Source: Clostridia bacterium
GTDB lineage: Bacteria > Bacillota > Clostridia > Christensenellales > UBA1242
Length of the DNA stretch: 64,000 nucleotides
Reading direction: 5' to 3'
NCBI GenBank assembly: GCA_900767715.1
Contig: CAAGAD010000009.1
Location: 5,919 to 69,918 of the forward strand
The position numbers and the translations under genes are program-made. Positions 55,140-60,569 of the stretch are shown here, in pieces. The notes beneath the pieces are model-generated. The model did no database searches and had not been told where the DNA came from. It worked only from the letters and a program-made list of their open reading frames with translations. The first letter of the stretch is position 1, and each line of letters begins with the position of its first letter.

Positions 55140-56134
55140 TAATTTCCAAAGAAAATGTTATGTATATAAGATTATACAAACAAGGATTAATTAAGAAGTT
55201 TTCTTCTTTTGACGAGTTGATTAATCGCTTAGAGATTCAAGCGCAAAGCGAAAAAGATATGTTGTTCAATGTAAATGCTAGATTATGTTTCCCTGTAACT
55301 TTGAATGAAATATATCTGAAGTCCATACGTAATTGGTATGTCCGTAACACTCTATTTTTGGTAAATAAAAATAAATATTCGCAAATTGTTTATGTGAACA
55401 ATGTGATAGACAACTGGTTTAACAAAAAGTATCTAAAAGATGATCCAAGCTTAAATGATTTTAACAATATTAAAAAGATATGCTCAAGACATGAACAAAT
55501 TAGTGTAGATAAACTTTTATCCTTTGAGATTAACAATAGTTTTGTTAAAAACTGGGGTGGAGTTTTTATTGAATTAACAAAACAAGGACTTGTTTATAGC
55601 AAACAAAGAAATTTCATTGTTTTTAATCATAGAAAAATAAATAGAAATTTCTCAATGTTAAAGATTATGGAAGATTATTTTAAAATATATGGTCCCGCAA
55701 CATTGAATGATTTTAAACATTGGCTAGGAGTTCCTTATAAGGAAACAAATAAAATTTTCAATAAATTGCCAAAAGATTATGTAATAACGGACGATAAATT
55801 AATCGTCCACAGGAAAGATTTAGACTTACTTAATAATAAAATGAATATTCCAACTATTGTTCTAGGTAAATTTGATAATATTTGTTTAAGTTATGAAGAT
55901 AAGACTTGGTTGATAAATAACCAGTTTAAAAGCAAAGTGTGGGGACCTGCAGGAATAGTTGAGGCCATAATTATACTAGATGGAAATATCATAGCTACGT
56001 GGAGATATAAAAAAGATTTTGTTAGCATTAGGATGGTCGAAAGTTTAAGTGTTGCACAAAAAAAGGCAATCTATGATAAATTTATAGAATTGTTCGGTAA
56101 GGATGTTAAATTGGAGTATGTTTATGAATATTGA
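55136..56134 (+). CDS. Winged-helix HTH_42 (YcaQ/AlkZ) family DNA-glycosylase-like protein, QxQ type
   Basis: Family blocks IRLYKQGL, LEIQAQSEKDMLFNVNARL (QAQ at the catalytic-motif position), RNTLFLV, YFKIYGPATLNDFKHWLG, LGKFDNICLSYEDK, IILDGNIIATWRY. Confidence 0.7.
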   Translation: MIISKENVMYIRLYKQGLIKKFSSFDELINRLEIQAQSEKDMLFNVNARLCFPVTLNEIYLKSIRNWYVRNTLFLVNKNKYSQIVYVNNVIDNWFNKKYLKDDPSLNDFNNIKKICSRHEQISVDKLLSFEINNSFVKNWGGVFIELTKQGLVYSKQRNFIVFNHRKINRNFSMLKIMEDYFKIYGPATLNDFKHWLGVPYKETNKIFNKLPKDYVITDDKLIVHRKDLDLLNNKMNIPTIVLGKFDNICLSYEDKTWLINNQFKSKVWGPAGIVEAIIILDGNIIATWRYKKDFVSIRMVESLSVAQKKAIYDKFIELFGKDVKLEYVYEY

Positions 56135-56822
56135 TTTATTTAATTTAAAAAGAGAACTTGATTATTTTTGTAATTATTATGGATCTGACTTTGTATGTGG
56201 ATTTGGTACTGAAGAAATTCTTGACTGTTTCAACAAATATTTTGTAAAATCTAAGTGGTTGGATTTAGGTGGTGGTTCAACTTCTCTTTTGTGGTGGTTG
56301 GCTCAGAAGTATAATAATCCTATTGATATTGTAGATATTTCTGAAGAGTCATTTTTCTTAACGAAAATATTGAAATTAAGCAACTATGATGGAGGTTGCT
56401 ACAAATATGTGAGAAGTAATTATTATGATAAGGACTTAAGACATTGCAAAACTAAGTTTATAAAACGAGATTTACTTTCAAATATCTCTTTAAAACATAA
56501 ATACAAAAATATTAGTCAAATCGGACTATTGGGTCTATGTAGTAATGAAAAACAGTTTGAAAAAATATTGGCACAAATTTGCGGTTTATTAAAAGAAAAT
56601 GGAATTTTGATATCGGCCAACTGGATTTTTAATGAACAATATTCAATTAAAAAAAATATTGACAACACTTTTCTCAACCAACAATTATTACAAAAGTTTG
56701 TTAAAGAAAACAATCTAACATTGAAGTATTGTAAGTACGTAAATTTTATCAATGATGATAATTATAAAGGAGTTATAATATATGTTATCCAAAGAAAAAA
56801 AGACTTGGCAAAATCTTGTTGA
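56124..56822 (+). CDS. Class I SAM-dependent methyltransferase-fold protein
   Basis: WLDLGGGSTSLL (motif I), IDIVDISEE (motif II), LLKENGILISANW (post-motif). ATG at 56124, 7 nt after a GGAG, overlapping the preceding gene. Confidence 0.6.
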   Translation: MNIDLFNLKRELDYFCNYYGSDFVCGFGTEEILDCFNKYFVKSKWLDLGGGSTSLLWWLAQKYNNPIDIVDISEESFFLTKILKLSNYDGGCYKYVRSNYYDKDLRHCKTKFIKRDLLSNISLKHKYKNISQIGLLGLCSNEKQFEKILAQICGLLKENGILISANWIFNEQYSIKKNIDNTFLNQQLLQKFVKENNLTLKYCKYVNFINDDNYKGVIIYVIQRKKDLAKSC

Positions 56823-57129
56823 CATCTATAATTGTTCTATTGATATAAATGATGAAAATGAAATTGAAAATATAGTAAACAAAATAGTTGAAGATCTAGA
56901 TTTGCATTCGGTAAAGAAAATTAAATACTTGTTTCCAAATCAAGGACTTACTTCTGTTGATATCCTTTCAGAGTCTCATTTAGTATTACACACATGGCCA
57001 GAGTATAAATATGTTAGTATAGATCTGTTCTCTTGTTCTAATAAGTTAAAAATAGATAAATTATATTTTAAAGAACTTTTCAAATCGAATAAATTAATGT
57101 GTAAAACTATAAAACACATTATTAAATAA
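56782..57129 (+). CDS. Pyruvoyl-dependent S-adenosylmethionine decarboxylase-like proenzyme (SpeH/SpeD small class)
   Basis: FPNQGLTSVDILSESHLVLHTWPEYKYVSIDLFSC, the E-S self-cleavage site and HTWPE block of the family. 115 aa. Confidence 0.75.
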   Translation: MLSKEKKTWQNLVDIYNCSIDINDENEIENIVNKIVEDLDLHSVKKIKYLFPNQGLTSVDILSESHLVLHTWPEYKYVSIDLFSCSNKLKIDKLYFKELFKSNKLMCKTIKHIIK

Positions 57130-57183
57130 AGGAAGTACAAAAATGAGAGTCTTGCTTAATGTATAAACGCTAAAGGATGCATT

Positions 57184-58293
57184 ATGAGTGAAAAATATAT
57201 AAAGGAAGAAAGCAAAGATAGAAAAAAAAGACGACACGAAGTTAGTTTTTCTGCTATTCAAGGCAACCAAAGTCAAGACTATTTAGATGGATATTTGAAT
57301 AAACATTCTTCGCAAGGAAGTGTAGATATTGTTGACCAAATGGTAGATAAAATTGACAAGAAAATTTTGAGAGAAAGTCTGTCTAGATTGCAAGGTCAAG
57401 ACAAACTCATATTGTGCCAATATCTTGCTGGAACAAAACAAAATGTTATTGCTGAAAGATTTGGGATTAGTCCTAGTGCAATAAATCAAAGACTAGAAAA
57501 AATCATATATAATTATCGTGCAATACTTTGTAATAATGAAAAATTTACACAGTCATCATTTTGGGATAAATTTCAAAGAGAATCCGAATATTTGTTTAAT
57601 GCTTATCTACAAGAAATAAGACAGAAAGGAATATTGACTATTGACCTTAACGAAGTCAAAAATCTAATAAAAGAAACAAGTTTAGGGACTTTGGGAGATA
57701 TGGGATGTTTTTCTCTTAAAGATGGGAAATTAGTATCGGCTGGCGAAGGTGGTTACATATTGACTAACAATAAAAAATATTATACAAAACTGGTTAATCT
57801 AAGAAATCATCAAATTTCACAAAATCCAGATAATTCATTTAAAGATGTAGGATATAATTATAGGCTTACAAATATTCAAGCATATTTAGCCATAGAAAGT
57901 TTAAATAATATCGATGCTAACTTATCATACAGAAAACATATTTGTAATAAGTTTTATAAAGAGATTAGTTGTATGGATAATTTAAGTAAATTACAATGCA
58001 ATTCAAATTATTTTTCACCTTTGCTACTATTCAAAAACAATAGCTTAGAAATAATAAAAAGCTTATCTAAGAAAAAAGTAATAAACAGTGTTGGTTCTTT
58101 TGGTTTGAGACCAGTAACTGAAAGAATTGCTATTAAGAGATATTTAAAATCTATAAATTATAATCATAGAATTAAAGTCACCAATTGTAAAAACCTGCTA
58201 AATAGATTGCTTGCTATTGCAATCAACAATAATTATAATGATATTAAGGTTAATACAGACATAAGGGAAATTAAAGGAATAATAAATGAATAA
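57184..58293 (+). CDS. Chimeric ORF: sigma-70 region-4-like HTH N-terminal part fused to the C-terminal half of a DegT/DnrJ/EryC1-type aminotransferase
   Basis: N-part LSRLQGQDKLILCQYLAGTKQNVIAERFGISPSAINQRLEKI. C-part GDMGCFSLKDGKLVSAGEGGYILTNN...LRNHQ...GYNYRLTNIQAYLAIESL. The PLP-Lys block is present, but the N-terminal ~170 aa of the aminotransferase fold is missing. Confidence 0.6.
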   Translation: MSEKYIKEESKDRKKRRHEVSFSAIQGNQSQDYLDGYLNKHSSQGSVDIVDQMVDKIDKKILRESLSRLQGQDKLILCQYLAGTKQNVIAERFGISPSAINQRLEKIIYNYRAILCNNEKFTQSSFWDKFQRESEYLFNAYLQEIRQKGILTIDLNEVKNLIKETSLGTLGDMGCFSLKDGKLVSAGEGGYILTNNKKYYTKLVNLRNHQISQNPDNSFKDVGYNYRLTNIQAYLAIESLNNIDANLSYRKHICNKFYKEISCMDNLSKLQCNSNYFSPLLLFKNNSLEIIKSLSKKKVINSVGSFGLRPVTERIAIKRYLKSINYNHRIKVTNCKNLLNRLLAIAINNNYNDIKVNTDIREIKGIINE

Positions 58294-58900
58294 AGATTTA
58301 CGCGAACAATCTTTTATGGTAATAGATTTTGAAACTGTTACTCCTAAAGGGGTTCCACCAGAACCGATTCAACTGGGGTTGGTACAAATAGATAATTTAC
58401 AAGTTAGTCAAACAAAACAAAAATCTTGGTTTATAAAACCGCCAAGTTTTGCACCTCTAACGGAATTTGATACCCAACAAACAGGCATTACGGAAAAAGA
58501 TTTACAAAATGCTAAGAATTCGAATGAAATTTTCAATATACTTGAAGAAGTTTGTGGTAGAAATGACTATGTTTTTATAGCTCAAAATGCAAATTATGAA
58601 TTAAGTATATGCAAAAGATTTTATGAGGGAAGAGAAAAACTTGGCAAAATTAAATTTATTGACACAATAAAATTGGCAAAACTCGCTTTTCCAAATGAAA
58701 AAAGTTACAAGTTAGATAATTTGGCGAAATTGTTTTCCATTGAAATACCTAAAACTAGACATACTGCTTTAACAGATTGTATATTAACTGGCGAAATTTT
58801 TATTAAACTGGTAGAAAAACTAGGAATAAAAGATAAAGAAACACTACTAGATAAAGCAAGTATAAATTATGATAAATTTACTCAAATGTCGTTATTTTAA
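58286..58900 (+). CDS. DEDDh 3'-5' exonuclease (DnaQ/epsilon-like)
   Basis: Exo I MVIDFETV, Exo II-like AQNANYELS, Exo III HTALTDC. Confidence 0.7.
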   Translation: MNKDLREQSFMVIDFETVTPKGVPPEPIQLGLVQIDNLQVSQTKQKSWFIKPPSFAPLTEFDTQQTGITEKDLQNAKNSNEIFNILEEVCGRNDYVFIAQNANYELSICKRFYEGREKLGKIKFIDTIKLAKLAFPNEKSYKLDNLAKLFSIEIPKTRHTALTDCILTGEIFIKLVEKLGIKDKETLLDKASINYDKFTQMSLF

Positions 58901-58910
58901 GGAGATACAA

Positions 58911-59462
58911 ATGTTTAAATTATTAGATGAATTAAAAAATTACAAACCATATGACAATAAGGAACAAGAAGATGTAATAAAAATGACATCATTTTTAAAA
59001 AATAATACGAATTGTTATGATAGGTCAAATTTAGAAGGTCATATAACTGCAGGTGCGTTTGTTTGTGATAAGCAAGGAAATATTTTACTTAATCACCACA
59101 AAAAATCCGGAATGTGGTTCCAGTTTGGTGGACACAGTGATGGCGAAGAAGATAGTCTAAATGTTGCGAAAAGAGAAATTATGGAAGAAGCAGGAATTAC
59201 TGATTTTGTATTAGGAACAAATTCTATTTATGATGTTGCAGTTATGAGAATCCCATACAGTGCAAAGAAAAATGAACCTGAACATTGGCACTACGATATT
59301 AACTTTTTGTTTATTGTTGACGATCATGATTATGAAATTTCTAATGAATCTATGGAAATTAAATGGGTTACTATTAACGAAGCATTAGATTTAGTAGACA
59401 AAAATGATTATGGTATGATTAGAATGATAAATAAGTATAAAAATTATTTAAAAATATCATAG
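58911..59462 (+). CDS. Nudix hydrolase
   Basis: Nudix box GGHSDGEEDSLNVAKREIMEEAGI. AAGGAG RBS before the ATG at 58911. Confidence 0.85.
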   Translation: MFKLLDELKNYKPYDNKEQEDVIKMTSFLKNNTNCYDRSNLEGHITAGAFVCDKQGNILLNHHKKSGMWFQFGGHSDGEEDSLNVAKREIMEEAGITDFVLGTNSIYDVAVMRIPYSAKKNEPEHWHYDINFLFIVDDHDYEISNESMEIKWVTINEALDLVDKNDYGMIRMINKYKNYLKIS

Positions 59463-59611
59463 TTTGTTGTGATAAATATTTACGAATATTACATTATTTG
59501 TAATATTTTATTTAACTATGTTTTTCACTAAAATTTAAGCTTTAAAAATATTGTTAGTTAATCAATGCTTTTATTATGTGTGGATGGGAAAATACCATTT
59601 GAGGTAGTGTT

Positions 59612-59680
59612 ATGAACAACAAAGAAATAAAGGAAGAAAGCAAAGATAGAAAAATAAGACGGCACGATTTTGAGATGTAA
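59612..59680 (+). pseudogene. 22-codon remnant duplicating the 5' end of the sigma-like ORF at 57184
   Basis: ataaaggaagaaagcaaagatagaaaaa is shared exactly with 57198-57225. It translates MNNKEIKEESKDRKIRRHDFEM*, versus MSEKYIKEESKDRKKRRHEV... in the full gene. Confidence 0.6.
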
Positions 59681-59684
59681 AAGG

Positions 59685-59740
59685 TGACATCAATTTTGAC
59701 TTCAATTGACATCAAATGTATCAGTTTTAGATAGTTTTAG
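59685..59740. promoter_or_regulatory. Right-end motif arrays, direct orientation: three TGAC(A/T)TCAA boxes, then two 10-bp-phased AGTTTTA boxes
   Basis: gtgacatcaa (59685), ttgacttcaa (59696), ttgacatcaaatg (59706-59718). agttttag at 59723 and 59733, the reverse complement of the left-end TAAAACT. Confidence 0.6.
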
Positions 59741-59744
59741 AAAG

Positions 59745-59788
59745 AAAAAAGACCGATAGAAAAATTTTGTTCTTATCGGTCTTTTTTA
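59745..59788 (+). terminator. Rho-independent terminator inside the right island arm
   Basis: aaaaAAGACCGATA-(15 nt)-TATCGGTCTTtttt. Confidence 0.6.
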
Positions 59789-59811
59789 TTGCAAATTTTT
59801 AAGTAAAAAAT

Positions 59812-59844
59812 ATTTGATGTCAAATTTTGATGCATTTGATGTGA
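59812..59844. promoter_or_regulatory. Right-end motif array, inverted orientation (CATTTGATGTCAA-type boxes)
   Basis: atttgatgtcaa (59812-59823), ttttgatgca (59826-59835), catttgatgtga (59833-59844), reverse complements of TTGACATCAAATG. Confidence 0.55.
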
Positions 59845-59952
59845 AATTTAGAGTGAAATTTTTGATTTTAAAGCACATAAATTTGTTAAGATTAAAATTT
59901 TGTTAAAGTCCTGAAATGCCCGAAATTACTGGGTTTTAGCCACTTTTTAGAT

Positions 59953-59979
59953 AAAAAAATGAGAGCGAATTTCGCTCTC
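59953..59979 (-). terminator. Minus-strand terminator following the interrupted tRNA-Ile fragment
   Basis: On the - strand: GAGAGCG-aaatt-CGCTCTC followed by TTTTTTT. Confidence 0.6.
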
Positions 59980-59984
59980 AAATT

Positions 59985-60066
59985 TGGTTGGAATGAATGG
60001 ACTTGCATTAAGCGGAGCGTCAATCTTCGGGCAGGGGTCCCGAATACGAAATCGACCTCTGCATTA
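59985..60066 (-). pseudogene. Second tRNA-Ile 3' fragment, interrupted in the T-arm by a ~44-nt insertion
   Basis: The - strand reads ..ATAATGCAGAGGTCGAT[TTCGTATTCGGGACCCCTGCCCGAAGATTGACGCTCCGCTTAATG]CAAGTCCATTCATTCCAACCA, versus the intact ..GATAAGGCAGAGGTCGATGGTTCAAGTCCATTCATTCCAACCA. Confidence 0.75.
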
Positions 60067-60249
60067 TTTGCTCTTTGAGCAATCGACCGAAAGGTCGGCA
60101 GGGCAGGGTGCCCTGATACAGTGCTAAACGCACTGCGCACCGCTGAAAGCGTTGCAAGGCAGAGACAAGGCAACAAAAAAGTAGCGAGTGAAACGCTACT
60201 TATTTGGTTGGAATGAATGGACTTGAACCATCGACCTCTGCCTTATCAG
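60067..60249. repeat. Right copy of the ~182-nt direct repeat (hairpin-array flank plus 3' part of the intact tRNA-Ile)
   Basis: See 49414-49595. 183 nt here because of a 1-nt insertion. Confidence 0.9.
60175..60200 (-). terminator. Terminator of the tRNA-Ala/tRNA-Ile transcription unit
   Basis: On the - strand, 4 nt after the CCA end: AGTAGCG-tttcact-CGCTACT followed by TTTTTT. Confidence 0.7.
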
Positions 60250-60281
60250 GGCAGCGCTCTAACCAGCTGAGCTACATTCCA
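60205..60281 (-). tRNA. tRNA-Ile (anticodon GAU), CCA encoded
   Basis: Hand-folded. Acceptor TGGAATG/CATTCCA, D-arm GCTC-AGCTGGTTA-GAGC, anticodon arm CTGCC-CTGATAA-GGCAG, T-arm GATGG-TTCAAGT-CCATT, then ACCA. Confidence 0.9.
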
Positions 60282-60325
60282 TTAGTGATTTGGCATAACT
60301 AAATGCCGTTTAAAGGTATAAAAAG

Positions 60326-60402
60326 TGGTGGAGAATATCGGAATCGAACCGATGACCTCCTGCTTGCAAGGCAGGCGCTCTAGCCAGCTGAGCTAATCCC
60401 CC
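60326..60402 (-). tRNA. tRNA-Ala (anticodon UGC), CCA encoded
   Basis: GGGGGATTAGCTCAGCTGGCTAGAGCGCCTGCCTTGCAAGCAGGAGGTCATCGGTTCGATTCCGATATTCTCCACCA. The G3:U70 identity pair is present. Confidence 0.92.
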
Positions 60403-60421
60403 ATAAATGAGTTACCTTTCT

Positions 60422-60450
60422 AATATACCCAATAAAAACAACTTTGTCAA
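60422..60450 (-). promoter_or_regulatory. Sigma-70 type promoter of the tRNA-Ala/tRNA-Ile unit
   Basis: The - strand reads TTGACA (60450-60445), 17-nt spacer, TATATT (60427-60422), about 20 nt upstream of the tRNA-Ala 5' end. Confidence 0.65.
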
Positions 60451-60569
60451 CCATTATTATAAAAATTTCGCAAAAATTTCATCAATGTTTAGTTTTATTC
60501 TTATATTCGTAAAGAATAAAACATTTTTCTTTGGTTTTATTCAATAAAAAGTAACAAGGGAGAGTAATT

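Larger units (their letters stand above)
49596..60066. mobile_element. ~10.5 kb AT-rich genomic island inserted at tRNA-Ile(GAU); no recombinase gene recognisable
   Basis: Bounded by the 182-nt direct repeats containing the tRNA 3' part. Codon and base composition is visibly more AT-rich than recR or the tRNA flank. Short motif arrays occur at both ends. None of the ORFs shows tyrosine- or serine-recombinase motifs. Confidence 0.75.

Noticed and set aside
59485-59507. AATATTACA-ttatt-TGTAATATT inverted repeat after the Nudix gene, considered as the operon terminator.
   Set aside because: The stem is entirely A/T with weak predicted stability. It is noted but not called as a terminator. It could equally be an operator-like palindrome.
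49596-60066. Search for an integrase, excisionase or transposase to call a functional integrative element.
   Set aside because: None of the island ORFs shows the R..HxxR..Y tyrosine-recombinase, serine-recombinase or DDE patterns. I therefore annotate only an island with att-like repeats, not an active mobile element.
60205-60402. The tRNA-Ile and tRNA-Ala pair as a sign of an rRNA operon.
   Set aside because: No 16S or 23S sequence is present in the window. The gene order is Ala then Ile, with its own promoter and terminator, so this is an independent tRNA unit.
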